Shown here: positions 39,257 to 51,962 of the stretch, piece by piece
Layout: the number at the start of each line of letters is the position of its first letter
Numbering within the stretch: the first letter of the stretch is position 1
NCBI GenBank assembly: GCA_951804945.1
Contig: OX638151.1
Span: 64,356,001 to 64,420,000 of the forward strand
Length of the DNA: 64,000 bases
From: Podarcis cretensis
Taxonomy: Eukaryota
Direction of reading: 5' to 3'
The notes under the pieces: model-generated
The model's input: only the letters and a program-made list of their open reading frames with translations
Database searches by the model: none
What the model was told of the DNA's origin: nothing
Translations under genes and position numbers: made by a program

Positions 39257-40185
39257 CTATAAGCAGAAAGCAGAGCTATGTTTCAAATCTCAACAACTGA
39301 CTTACTTTATCCCTATTTAGCAGTACCTGTAATTGTTATTTCCAAATAAAGTTGGCCTACATCACAATTTAGTTTTGTCAGTGTATATTAGTTCTTGAAA
39401 AGTCACTCTCTGTATGACATAACATTAAGTTCTGACATTCAGGATTAATTCAAATAAAAAAACAATTTAAACAATAATTTAAGCTCCTGGAAATCTAGAC
39501 TGCAACTAAGTTCTTATTGGGGCCATCAATGAAAAATTGTAGTCTTTTTTACATTATGTAAAAGATTTGCAAGGCTTCACTGATTAACTTTCTTGTTCCT
39601 GAGAATTCCTCTAAAGCCAGAGAGTATGAAATTGTTCAAATTAGTGGTTTACAAGGCTCGACAGAGTTTGTTGTATGTAAGGACCAGGATAATCTATTCT
39701 CAACATATAAAAATCAGGCACCAATTGTATAATTTTTGCTGTGGAAGCAATAGCCTTCTCTGAAAGACAGAAATGACAGGACAGTAGGACCACAATTTAC
39801 GCAGGTGTTACATTCCAGGGATCGCACCCAAAACCAAAATGGAGTATAGTCAAAACCCATTAAGTTCAATGGCGGATAGACGGTCAAAGTCACCCCCTTT
39901 TTATTATTTGCCATGCGCATGAAGCTGAATGCACACAAGTTAAATGCATGCAAGTGGCAGGCTTACTGTACTGTTTCTGTGACATTATGGTTCACCTAAT
40001 CTGTTTGCTTACAAAAATTTAAGATTGAGGAAATATTTGAACAATCTGATCCAGCTCCTGATGATCTTTAAAATTAAAACATGGCAAAACTGGCTTCTCG
40101 CCAGAGTAAGTGAATCAATTTAAGACACTTCTGGGCAATGTGAGCCCAGTTTTAAGTGGTCTTAGATAAATATTGTTTAACTTGC

Positions 40186-40311
40186 CTCCTGTTTGATTTT
40201 CTTCAACAAGGGGGATCCATTTTCACATATGCCAGAAGCAATGTCAGTTTCATCGGACTCTTGTTTGATAACATCTTGCAGATCGTCTACAAGGTGAGCT
40301 GGTGTCTGAGG
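40186..40311 (-). CDS. MYB: c-Myb exon 12 (126 nt): PQTPAHLVDDLQDVIKQESDETDIASGICENGSPLLKKIKQE
   Basis: Acceptor tttttag| and non-canonical donor |GCAAGT; two IKQE SUMO consensus motifs; 98-nt upstream intron. Confidence 0.94.
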
Positions 40312-40409
40312 CTAAAAACGAAAAATAAGTATGCAATGAAACAACACAAAACTCTTTGTATCATCCTCATATAAATCCAATTTTTATCACGGTTTCCCCC
40401 CTTTCTTAC

Positions 40410-40524
40410 CAGCATTTTCAAGGGTCCATATTTGAATTCTTGAGCTGCGAGTGCATTTTTAAATGGAGTTGGTGTTCTTGGAGAGCTCTCCAATATTGAT
40501 CTTTTGATAGCTGGAGTTCTGAAG
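40410..40524 (-). CDS. MYB: c-Myb exon 11 (115 nt): FRTPAIKRSILESSPRTPTPFKNALAAQEFKYGPLKML
   Basis: Acceptor gactcag| and donor |gtaaga; TPTPFK motif (ORF 40287..40493). Confidence 0.97.
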
Positions 40525-40764
40525 CTGAGTCCACAAAAGGGGGGTGGGGGGAAAGAGAAATTAGGAAGTAGTTTGAATCTTTTTGCTGAAATCCTAGTTT
40601 AGAGTAGTGTCACATTAAAAGGTTGACTTGTGTACTGCAAAGTTCTATGTTCTAAACAGCCATGCGCACTATGGGGATAATAATGAGGGCATGTATTTCA
40701 GGGGCACTGTGGGCACTGCTGAAATAATGTCCACAAACCGCTTCAAGCACTTAGGAATAATGAT

Positions 40765-40990
40765 GGCGGATGCAGAGTGCAATTTGGTTGGCTTTAAAAG
40801 AGGACTGGACAAATTCATGGATGATATGGCTAACAGTGGCTACAGCTGGAGGCAGAATTCTTATGAACACGTTGCTGAAAACTACAGGAGAGGACTTCTG
40901 CTCAGGTCCCACTTGTAGGTTTCCCACTGTGGGAGCAAGATACTGGGCCACTGGCCTAACCTAGCAGGATTTGCTTTTGTTCTAATTATA
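40765..40990 (+). mobile_element. CR1 LINE 3' fragment, degraded
   Basis: ggctttaaaagaggactggacaaattcatgga (GFKRGLDKFM), the CR1 ORF2 end. Confidence 0.7.
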
Positions 40991-41311
40991 TGTGTCCAGA
41001 AGGAGTTCCACTATAAGATGGTAGGAACAACTGACCTAGTGGCCACCATACTAGTTCAAAAGCTACTCTACACATCTGGCCTCATTCATGTCAATGGAAG
41101 GAGCAGCTCCAAATGGACAATGCTGAGCTGCCCTCCATTGAAATGAATGGGATGCTTACTTACAGAGAAGCACTGTCTGCCCAACCAAAACCCAACAAAC
41201 TCTGGATCAGGGTGAAAGAAATCAAGATGCATGTTCATAGCTGATTTTAACTGTTATAGTAATATGGCAAAAGGGCATTTTTTTTAAAAAAAATAAAGCA
41301 AGAGAAATTAC

Positions 41312-41454
41312 ATATTATTCTCCTTCTGTATCTTAAATGCTTGGTCTCTGTGAAGAGGTGCTGTAACAGTGAGTTTATGAGCACAGAGGGGAGTGGAAGT
41401 TAAAGTTGGATTATCCAGGTCCAGGCTTTCTTGGCTTGATGAGGTGTTCAAGAA
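41312..41454 (-). CDS. MYB: c-Myb exon 10 (143 nt): FLNTSSSQESLDLDNPTLTSTPLCAHKLTVTAPLHRDQAFKIQKENN(I)
   Basis: Acceptor tttgcag| and donor |gtaatt; LTSTP and QKEN motifs. Confidence 0.95.
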
Positions 41455-41951
41455 CTGCAAATATTAAAAAAGAGAGGTAATCTCAGTTAACAGGAGTGCT
41501 TCTTCCATGAAGTTACAGTGAAACTGTATCAACAGTAGCGTCATGTTGTGTGGCATTGAGTATTTTGGTTGCGATACTCCCAAAGTTTCACATTTCTAGT
41601 GTTTGGCCTACACAAATATATTCCTTTGGTTTTGTTACAAGATTATTTATAGAAACAAGTATTTGTTTTACCTCACTGAGTTTATTTGCCTTTGCAAAGA
41701 ATGTCTAATAATATGAAAGAACCTTGGAGCTTGGTTCACGAGAAGTACTGGGTGACGTCTGCCTAGGTCATGAGCAGAGTACAGCCAATGAAATCTATGG
41801 ACTTGACTTCAATTATTTCAATGGGTCCACTCCAAATAAGTAAAGATATCACCCATTGAACCTTGTAGCATGAAATATGGCAACTAGATTTTTTTTAAAA
41901 AATTAAACTTTCCTACTTTATCCATTAAAACTGATTGTTTTATAGAAAGTA

Positions 41952-42280
41952 CAGTGGTGCCCCGCAAGACGAATGCCTCGCAAGACGAAAAACCCGCTAG
42001 ACGAAAGGGTTTTCCGTTTTGGAGGCACTTCGCAAAACGAATTTCCCTATGGGCTTGCTTCGCAAGACAAAATGTCTTGCGAGTTTTTCCGACTCCCCCC
42101 CCCCTTTTTCTAAGCCGCTAAGCCGCTTATCCACTAAGCTGATAAGCCGCTAAAAGCTGCTAAAAGCCTCTAATAGCGCTAATCCGCTAAGCCGTCAATG
42201 GGCTTGCTTCGCAAGACAAAAAAACCGCTTGACGAAGAGAATCGCGGAACGGATTCTTTTCGTCTTGCGAGGCACTACTG
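41952..42280. mobile_element. Tc1/mariner (Tigger-like) MITE
   Basis: 22-bp TIRs cagtggtgccccgcaagacgaa / ttcgtcttgcgaggcactactg; TA on both sides; internal gcaagacg and taagccgc repeats. Confidence 0.9.
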
Positions 42281-43000
42281 TAAAAGTTGCACAGAGCTTT
42301 TCAAAATTACTATTTTGATGTAAATATTTAATTTGCTGAAAAAGGGCTGTTACTGACTGCAGAATTTAGGAAATAAACTTAATTAGCAGTAATGACTGTC
42401 ATTAACTCAACATGTTGTTGTTTCAAACTCTACATGTTTAAGCAGAAGTCCACAAGCCACTTAAACCAATTCACATACTCTTAATCTGTTTAGCCCATTC
42501 AATGAGATGCATATACCTTAAATATATCAAGTAGTTTGTAGCTCACACCTTACTGTTCAAAAATGTTTTCAAATCATTTATTTTAAATCACTTGTTAGTT
42601 TGCAACATAATTTGGACACCATTGTCTGTTTAGTGTAAATTTAGGGAGTCAGTGAACTCAAATGTGCAAAGTATGGGGTAAGAAAAAATGGTTACAGGAA
42701 ACAGAAATGTTAAATTCTGATAGCTGAAGGAATGACAAGCAAGAGCAAAGCAAACAAACCGCTAACCCCTTGAAAACCACCAAGAATAAGACACACAAGA
42801 GAAAAGCAAATTTATCAGTTAGATTGTTGGCAGTCTAAACTCCATGGTGAAGAGTAAGCTATGAGTAAATTCAAAATTGGAGAGCAATCAGTGAGTGCAA
42901 CAGGAATTAGTCATTCTTTCCAATGATTAGTTCTCCTATGTTGTTAACACCTTGCTGACTTTTGAGGATTAGTAAAATCTGTGCAGAAATCTTGCTCTAC

Positions 43001-43360
43001 CTGCGAGGGAGAGAATGGCAGGCTTTTGACAGGGGAGCGCTTAGGAGTTGAGCTCCTGACATCAGCAAGTATGAAGGACTTATGGCCACTGGCTAAGTGG
43101 CTGGGATGCCCTCTCTTTGTGCGCAGAAACACCAACGGAGCTGTGCCACATTTTGAGCCAGCCAAGGACTTGGGCAAGGCAAGGGAATCCTGACTCAACA
43201 TGGCTTTGCTCAGGTTTGAGAGAGGGTGTCCTTCAGGCCTACATGCACTGGCCTCTGTTTGCTGAAGCTGTGGGGCTTTGGCAGAGGGAGCTCGGCTAGG
43301 CGAGGTGTCTGCTTCTTCAGAGAATTCAAAACTGCTGAGATCACCCCATGATGAAGGATC
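43001..43360 (-). CDS. MYB: c-Myb alternative in-frame exon 9B (360 nt, p89-type isoform): DPSSWGDLSSFEFSEEADTSPS...SSTPKRSPVKSLPFSPSQ
   Basis: Acceptor gtttttag| and donor |gtagag; 120 open codons, phase 0/0; the termini match the known c-Myb long-isoform insert. Confidence 0.93.
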
Positions 43361-44423
43361 CTAAAAACAATGGGGGAAGTCACGAATCTATGAGACAGTG
43401 TACGATGCCCTCTCATTGGAAAAAAAAGTATAGCACTAACATAACAACTTTAGTAAACGAGAAACAAAGTAAAGGAGCCACTGTTCCTCATTTTTAAGTC
43501 ATTTTGCCCCAGTTTCAGTCTTTCCCAAATGAAAACTATCCTAATGGTGGATTCCTAAAAGAAGCAACTCTCCCCCTCCCTTACCAGTCTGTGACCCATC
43601 TGCTTTATTAAGGAGGCCGGATTCTTAAGTGAAAAGGATACAGTCGAGCAGGTGATGCTGTCATAATGAATTTGTTTTGCCAAATGTTTGGTTTCAGCCC
43701 ATACTTTTTAAAGAGCCCTATGTCAGTCTTAGAATTTCTACACGAAAGACTTAGAATCTTCAAAAATGACGTGTGATTTCTTGAAGTTTTTGTAGAAGAA
43801 AATCATTAATGCAATGTGTGTTTCACAAAAAAGGAGGGATCCAGGAAGGTACACAGAAGTGTACAGTCACTTGAAATGGAACTAAAAATACACATAGAGT
43901 TGTGTGTGTTTTGTAATGTACAGTATGAATTCACTGTTAAAAGGCACAACATATTTAGGAATAATTTTAAATATGCCAGCTCACTTAGAATAAATTTATC
44001 CTTTGCAGGTTAATATACAAGCAACCTGAAAACACTAACAATAATGATTCTATACATGCATGTTACGTGCAAATGTTTACCTGCGCTTGATAAATTTTGG
44101 GAGCCCACAAACAACAAGCTAGGGCTAAATGCTCGGATCCTACCACATTTATTCAGAAATAAGAGCCCGTCTATTTAAATGAGACTTACTTCCAAGTAAG
44201 CTTGCATAGGACTGGGTTGTAAGTTGTAAATGTGCAGCAAAAAACAAAACAAAAACCAACTGTACTGAAGGTGGCCATGGTGAAAGTTTACCCTGGATAT
44301 GGGATTATTCAGCAACAAAGCAAACAAGACAGACAGAATGTAGGAAAACAAACTGATATAGAAATAGCATATGACTCCAGTCCTTATACCAGCCACACCT
44401 TAGAAGATGACCATTCTACTTAC

Positions 44424-44681
44424 GGAATCTATCAGCTGAAGCGTTTCCGCAAATTCTAAGAGATTCTTAACATTATCCAGGAAGTTACTCTGGTGAACAA
44501 TCATGCATCTTGCAGGGGATGCACTTTCTTCCGGCAAGCAGCCATGATCCACTGGTGGAGATGGAATACAATGATGATGCTCCCCCAAAGAGGAAATGGG
44601 CGCACTGTTACCACTAGTTCTGGTACTGTCTGCAATTGCGGTGCTGTGCCATCCTGGGTAATCTGACGTGTGGTTCTGTGT
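44424..44681 (-). CDS. MYB: c-Myb exon 9 (258 nt): TQNHTSDYPGWHST...LDNVKNLLEFAETLQLIDS
   Basis: Acceptor cctttag| and donor |gtaagt; FAETL motif; overlaps ORF 44400..44588. Confidence 0.96.
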
Positions 44682-46446
44682 CTAAAGGAAGGGGGGGCGG
44701 TAAAGAGGGTGCGAGAAAAAAGAGGCAGAAGGAACTTAGCAAAGAAATTGCACAAGGTATCGGATGGCTGTTGAAGGGAAAGATAAAAGTAGTTGCATCA
44801 TCTAAGCATTTAATGCCCATGAAACAGTTGTCAAGATGTTTCCTTTCATCCGTGCAGCAAGAGCTTGTTTGAAAGAGTAATAAATTTATAGCTTTCATTT
44901 TGGCATTACCTCATCTTGTGCAACAACTCTGCATCCTGGGCCAGTATCTACAGTATAACAAGCAATACAGCTACATGCATACACTCTTCTTCCAAAGTCT
45001 GTGAGTGCACAAATCTGTTTTTCCTTCCCTGTGCAAAGTAAGGAAATTGCAAGATTCCCCTAGTGCAAAACTCAGTCTTATCTGACCTTATGGATTTAGA
45101 TTTTGAATTCCACATCACGTTTGAAGTCACTGGCAACTTTTCCATTGGTCTTTGCGGATTTAGATTAATACCAGTTACTTATTTTTAATATACCTCCCCT
45201 CATCTTTGCCCTATCTCTGACTAGCGCTACAGCTTACACCAATGCAATGAAAAGGCTGTAAAATCAACGCGGTTAGGAAAGCAGAAGAGCAAATTAACAG
45301 AAGTCTCTTTGCAGCATAACCATGCAAGAGAAGGCATTGCAAAACTTCAACTAAAAATTAGAAGTGGCCAAACTAACATTTCATGCACACGGTTGTGTCC
45401 CCCCCCCATTAACTAGAAAATGAATTAATTATTAATATGAATTAATTAGACATGGATGTTTCCTGCTGGCTATCACCCAGGTTTTTATTTTTTCTGCAGT
45501 TACCGTATTAATTTTATTACATATACAAATTCAGTAATAGCCAGCTCTGGGTTTCATACATGCAGTTATAGAATCTAACTTTCCTCGAAGAAACATTACC
45601 AAACATGCATAAAAACAAATAAAATGGACCTTATTTGGGCTGTGATTCCCAAACCATTTGGTCTGGAGCAATAGTCCTGTCTCCCCAACGCCAATTCAAG
45701 ACTATGTATTCCCAACTTGCAGGGCATGTGGCACAAGTGGCCCCGGGAGGAGGATTCTGTGGCATTCTGGAACGGAGGAGACAGGCCCAGTGGTGTGGCC
45801 AGTGCAGAGAGACACACCCTGCTTGCCCCCTTCCATGCAGCGTTGCTCACTGACTTTGCAAGCTGGAGGGGAAGCCACTTCAAGCTTTGGGGCAGGGGTG
45901 AGGTTCTGAATACATACAAGTAGCACTCTTTAGAGCAGAGGTATGTGACGTACTCTGGACTTGACTTGTGCCACATTTGCCGAAAAGAGTGAGCAAGACC
46001 GCCTGCAATGGCTTGAGGATCACAGGCCAGGAGTGCAACATATAACTGAAGGTGAGGATACAGCGCAGAGAGAAAGAGAAGAAAACCAAGAACCAGGCAC
46101 TACATTTTCATTAGGCACAGTGTTCAGAAGTTCTCAGAAACAAAGATGTCCCCTCAGGATAAAACCTGACGGGAACTGATTGTTGCTGTTCTTTTTTAAA
46201 TAGCAGTCCATTTACACATAAAAGCAAACATGGTGGAATTAGTGCACCACGGTAATTTGGAGATGGGGGGGGGGAAGAGAAGCAAATGCTTATGGGGGGT
46301 GGAGAGCAATGTCTCGTCCTCTTCAAATGGAAACATAGAGCCTTGATTAGTGTCAGAAGAAGAGGGGGAGGGAAAAGGGGGGGGGGAAGAGAAGCACTGG
46401 GGTAAAGCTGCTATCCCTCCGTCCAAGCACACAGTGACATTCTTAC

Positions 46447-46551
46447 TGGTAATGCCTGTTGCCCTTTCAGTTCATTCTCAGTCGACATTAGTAGCAACTC
46501 TAATTCCTTTATTCGTTTTTCTTTCTCAGGGTCTTCATCATTATAGTGTCT
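46447..46551 (-). CDS. MYB: c-Myb exon 8 (105 nt), transactivation domain: RHYNDEDPEKEKRIKELELLLMSTENELKGQQALP
   Basis: Acceptor ttgcag| and donor |gtaaga; LxxLL CBP/p300 KIX-binding helix. Confidence 0.97.
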
Positions 46552-47394
46552 CTGCAATTAAGAGTTAAGGGAAAAGAGAAGGTAAAGGCCGGGTTGGATG
46601 CTGCAGTTTACGACGATGACAATGGCTTGCGGCCTTGCAGAATTGCAGGCAAATTAGCCTGAGAGGCTCCTCCACTGGACAAAAAAACCCGGAATCTCTG
46701 CTTAATTTTATTTTTTTGCACAGGTATTAAAATGCAGAACACAATACCTATTTTCTGGATGCCTCCTGCGTACCAAACTAGGAAACCTAAAAAACCATTC
46801 CAGATCACTTTCCCTGGCCACCTTTTTAAAGAAATGAGTAGACCTCCTCACCCTGATACAACTTCTTTCTGCCAGTGTGCAAACAAAAGCACTGGGTAGC
46901 CGCTGTGGTAAGCAAACTGGAAGCCTTTCTTAGGAACGTGTGCCCTTACTTCCTTTCCTGGAGCAATTGATACCCTCTCCTCCTAAACTGCAAGTTCACC
47001 TTCAGCAAAGTTGACTCTGGTGAAAGCTAACCAGGGGTTACTCTAAAACCAGGATTTGAAATCCACGCCAATCTGTGGCCTTCAGATTTTTAGAAAGGGA
47101 AACCCATGTTTAGCCCTAAGCTGAAAACCATGATGACAATCTGCTCAGTCACCAAGGTGGGGGAGAATTTGCTCCAGGAAGCGAAGGAGCTGTGAGGAGA
47201 GTGTGTGTCTTCTCAAGGCTGGCACCCAAATTGCTGGAAACATGGCTGCCCAGGCCCTTCTCTATCATTTACTTTGTTAAAAGAGCTGTGCCTTTGTCTG
47301 ATTTTATTTTTTGGCAGGTTAAGGTATTTGCATGTAACTTGCATATGAAATGTATGGCAAATGGACCCCTGAAATGGTTTTTAAATTTATCTAC

Positions 47395-47475
47395 CTGAAT
47401 AGCTGCAGCAGCTGGCTGGGGAACATTAACAATATTTACATGAAGTGCTACTGGATATGGGATGTGAGAAGAGAC
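47395..47475 (-). CDS. MYB: c-Myb exon 7 (81 nt): VSSHIPYPVALHVNIVNVPQPAAAAIQ
   Basis: Acceptor ggtctag| and donor |gtagat; c-Myb-specific peptide. Confidence 0.96.
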
Positions 47476-47547
47476 CTAGACCGAAAGACAAAGAGAGCCC
47501 GAATTAATCATGCTGTTCACACACTTCTCAATAATGTGATGGGCTTA

Positions 47548-47551
<4 letters not shown>

Positions 47552-47595
<44 letters not shown>
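47552..47595. repeat. (AC)22 microsatellite; (UG)22 in the MYB pre-mRNA
   Basis: Directly visible perfect dinucleotide run. Confidence 0.98.
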
Positions 47596-47597
<2 letters not shown>

Positions 47598-48668
47598 TAC
47601 TTCTTATGCCAGTCTTTCTACCTCCTTGAAATAAAAGAGGTATCTCATTTTAAATGCAACAAGTTCAGTAACCCTTTTAGGAATTCTCAAACTATAGTGA
47701 TCCATTGATCAACCAATAACACCCTCCCAACCATCTATTGCTGTTTTATTAATTACTAATTTTTAATTTGTTTTTGGCTACTGGATTATTTTGCAGGCCT
47801 GGATTGTATTGATTTTTATGGGGTTGTGAGATTTTCTGTACTGCATTAATGAATGATTGTGTCTTTTGTATTCCTGGCTCCTCCTTGAGAAATGTGCCTA
47901 ATTAATTTAATAAACAACAACAAAATGGACAGATGGCATCAAGGTCGCTTGTGTTGGGTTGAAGGCTAAGCATCTCAAAGTAAAAGGGGATAACAGGCCC
48001 ACAGCATGATTTTTAATTCCCCAGAGAAGGAAAAGGAAAAGAAGCCTTGTTTATGGGCTTCCCAGGAGCATCTGAATGGCCACTGTTGAAAACAGGATGC
48101 TGGACTAGATGGGACCTTTGGTTCAATCCAGCAGGCATCTAACAAGACATGTTTCCCCATCCTTTACAACTACATGGTGGATTGTAATACAGGCAGACCA
48201 TCAGATCCACTGCATGTATGGCTTCCGCATGCATCTAAACATGAGGAAGAATATAGAGAAAGCAGTCTTGTGCTATAATCCACCAGTCAGTAACAAAGCA
48301 TGACAAAAATTGGATACCAAGTTATCCTACATGTGCTTTCACTTAATTAATTAATTATCTGCCCTTTATCTGTAGACCTCAGGGCAGTCCACAACGTAAA
48401 ATTACAATATGTCTCATGAAAGAATGTCCCTGTGAGTTCCTGCTATCAAGAAAAGATAAATACTGTGAAGCAGACACCTCAGATGCTGTGACAAATAAAA
48501 AAATTAAAAAGATAAGGAAGACGTGTTTAAATTGCAACCAAATGGTCCAATGTTTGACATTTTGTATTTACTGGCAAAATTCTGAGTGGGTTCTCTCTGT
48601 ATTATCGATTTTTGCCATATATCATAATGGCTGTTATATTCTGTAATAAAATAATAACATTACAAACA

Positions 48669-48724
48669 TCATAGAATCATAGAATGGCAGAGTTGGAAGG
48701 GATCCTGAGGGCTATCTAGTTCAA
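48669..48724 (-). mobile_element. CR1 3' terminal fragment, followed by a 16-bp tandem duplication (48727-48758)
   Basis: catagaatcatagaat...gagttggaagggatcctgagggctatctagttcaa. Confidence 0.7.
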
Positions 48725-49581
48725 ACTAGATTCATATAATCTTAGATTCATATAATCTACTTAATAATGACTATGAGTTTATAATTACTTATAACTATAT
48801 AACTTATCAGCTATAACTACTTACTTCACCTGCAGCCAAATTGTAAACGGGTGGAAGTCTAGAACAGGAGAATGCTACAGGTTTAGACCCCACAGAAGAA
48901 GTACAACTACTCAGTTATTACTTTCTACTTGTCAAAATTAAGACATTAAAAATGCTTTCACACAAAAATATGAGAATAGGCGTGTCCACCTATCTTACAT
49001 ATGCCTATCACTGTTGTCTGAATTCCATCCTCTTCATGGAGTGCATAGTTGTAAAATTAAAAACATTGAATGATATCTAATGTAACTATACTGAAGAGTA
49101 GAGCCACTGAAATAAATGGATTTACATTACTCAAGTCCACTGACTTCAGTGGGTTTAATTCCAAGCAGTCACACCTCATCCACTGTTTTAAAAGAGTGAG
49201 GCCAACCCTATGGCTGCAATTCTAACCATGCCTACTCAGAGGTAAGTACCAATGAATTCAATGGAGCTTACCGCCAGGTAAGTGGGGTTAGCACCGCAGC
49301 CATTATGCCTCTTACAGACAATTGCTAACTTGCATCCTTCCCAGCCCTAGCAGGTGGTCTGGGAACTGCTGATGCTGCAATGTGACTAAAGGTACCTAAA
49401 TGTGGACTTGATTAGATCCTCAGGTGAGAGACCACAATGAACCTCATGCAAAAGCAAGATATAGCAATATATCAATCATATTAGCCTCCCTTTCTCCATT
49501 CCTGCCATGGTCATGCATGGCAGTTACAATATCTCAATGATGGGGAGACCTAGCTGTCAACCGATTGAATTGTTTCCATCA

Positions 49582-49920
<339 letters not shown>

Positions 49921-51161
49921 TTACCATGGTCACCTAGGAATCTCCTTTGCACTTTAATAGTGCTTATATTGGAATATGTCATTCGGCTCACATGGGCTGA
50001 ACTTCTGCTACAAGCTCGCAACAGACGGGTTTTTACTGTTGTCAAAATATGCAACCATCCACACTGCATTTCATTAGTGCCCTGCTTCTGTAACTAGCAG
50101 CAAAAATTAAATAGGTAAAGCAGTGACATAAAAAACAAACAAGTCTCCCTGAATTCCTGATTTCAGTTCTGAAGTCAACTCCTCCTGCCCCTTCTCTTAC
50201 ATTAGGTTCCACCTGGATAAATTAATCACTCCAGTTGCACCTCATCCCCTGACATGTGACAACGCAACAGGCACAACCTCCTGATTCCTTGACGCACTAG
50301 GCCCTTCAAGCTTGTCAAATACAGCCATTCCCAAAGGAACTCTGTAGCATTCCACTGCTGCATGGAGGCAATGCAAAGCGGTCATCCTCCAAGCAAACAT
50401 ACTAGAAAATTGAAACCCATTCTACAGTCAACGAAGCAAACATTTTTGCTCTTCTTGGGTTTGGGTTTATTTGTGGTTACCCCAAGATGACTGGAATTCA
50501 TCCAAGGGAAGTATGCAAAAGTCCTTGATGCTGGGAAGTTCTGTGGGCCTAAAAAGCATGAGAGTGTAATGTTCTATCCTGACCCACCCTGGTTGATCTA
50601 TTAAGTTTAGGGAGTGAAGGAGTATAGATCTGGGAAAGGGCAAGATGAAGCAAGAGTTAATCACTCTCTCCTAGAGCACCATTTCCCTTATCTTCAAAGG
50701 ATTTCCAAGGCCTGAAGTGGGAGATCCTGATCACAGATCTCCTGTGTCATATTTAGTTTTCACCTCAGTTAACTTCCAGTCTTGGGACACAGCTTGTTAG
50801 GGCTTATGTGACCATGGTGTTCATACTCAGTGAAAGGAAGAAGATGGTGTTACTCAAAGAAAAAAAAACAGATTTGTGTCTGTGTGTGAAATTCTCCAAA
50901 AGCTGTTTAGGTGCTTGAGTAATAATTACAAATATTATCTTACTACATTATTAATTTAGAATTGTTTCATAATTATGCTTTAATATTATCTAAAATAAAG
51001 TTTCTGTTCATTGCAGTACTGTAAAAAGAAGAAGTGCCAGGTCAGTTATGCTTCCTCTTTCCTCACTTCTACAGGAGTAGTAGGACATAGAACTCCCATA
51101 GAGGGATTGTAGAACTCTCCATATGGGAGATCAGCAAGTCCCACACCCCACACAATTCATA

Positions 51162-51517
51162 AAAGGTAAAGGTACCCCTGCCCGTTCCGGCCAGTCTTGC
51201 CAGACTCTAGGGTTGTGCGCTCATCTCACTCTAGAGGCCGGGAGCCAGCGCTGTCCGCAGACACTTCCGGGTCACGTGGCCAGCGTGACAAGCTTCATCT
51301 GGCGAGCCAGCGCAGCACACAGAACGCCGTTTACCTTCCCGCTGGTAAGCGGTCCCTATTTATCTACTTGCACCCGGAGGTGCTTTCGAACTGCTAGGTT
51401 GGCAGGCGCTGGGACCGAACGACGGGAGCGCACCCCGCCGCGGGGATTCGAACCGCCGACCATGCGATCGGCAAGTCCTAGGCGCTGAGGTTTTACCCAC
51501 AGCGCCACCCATGTCCC
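51162..51517 (-). mobile_element. Sauria SINE, full length, MYB intron 5
   Basis: Tail aaaggtaaaggt; head ...cagcgccacccatgtccc; TSD acaattcata (51152-51161, 51521-51530). Confidence 0.93.
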
Positions 51518-51962
51518 TATACAATTCATACTATGGTAGAAATGAGTCGAACACATATTTCCTTCCGTCTTTGTAACATATGAAGACGTCGTAACATTAT
51601 CAGGCAAGGTCTTCTGTGTCACTGGAGATCCACACAGCCTTAAAACATCTGAGATGTTATTTTACAGATGACCCCCAATAGCTTCCTGCGACTGCCTGTT
51701 CTATTGACCAGATACAATTTAGAAAACTTCCCCTACAATTAAAGCAAATAGTTGGTTGCTGTAGCTTTGTATTAACTTATAAAATAATGTACAACACTTT
51801 GATCTCATCAGCTTGGCCATGCACTCACCTACATTCATTAGGAGCAAAATTCATTAGGAGCATTGCATTTGTTCTGCTAAGACGACAAAATACAGAGTTT
51901 CATCCACTCATCTCCCATCTCCACCCCAGTCTTTCCTTTAAAGTGCTACTCTCTGTCATTAC

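Noticed and set aside
41952-42280. Repeated gcaagacg motifs with spacers as a CRISPR-like array
   Set aside because: Vertebrate DNA; irregular internal repeats of a TA-flanked MITE; no cas genes.
45596-45976. 126-aa ORF in intron 8 as an independent gene
   Set aside because: No recognisable homology and its distal part looks repeat-derived; kept only as the read-through frame of the candidate cassette exon.
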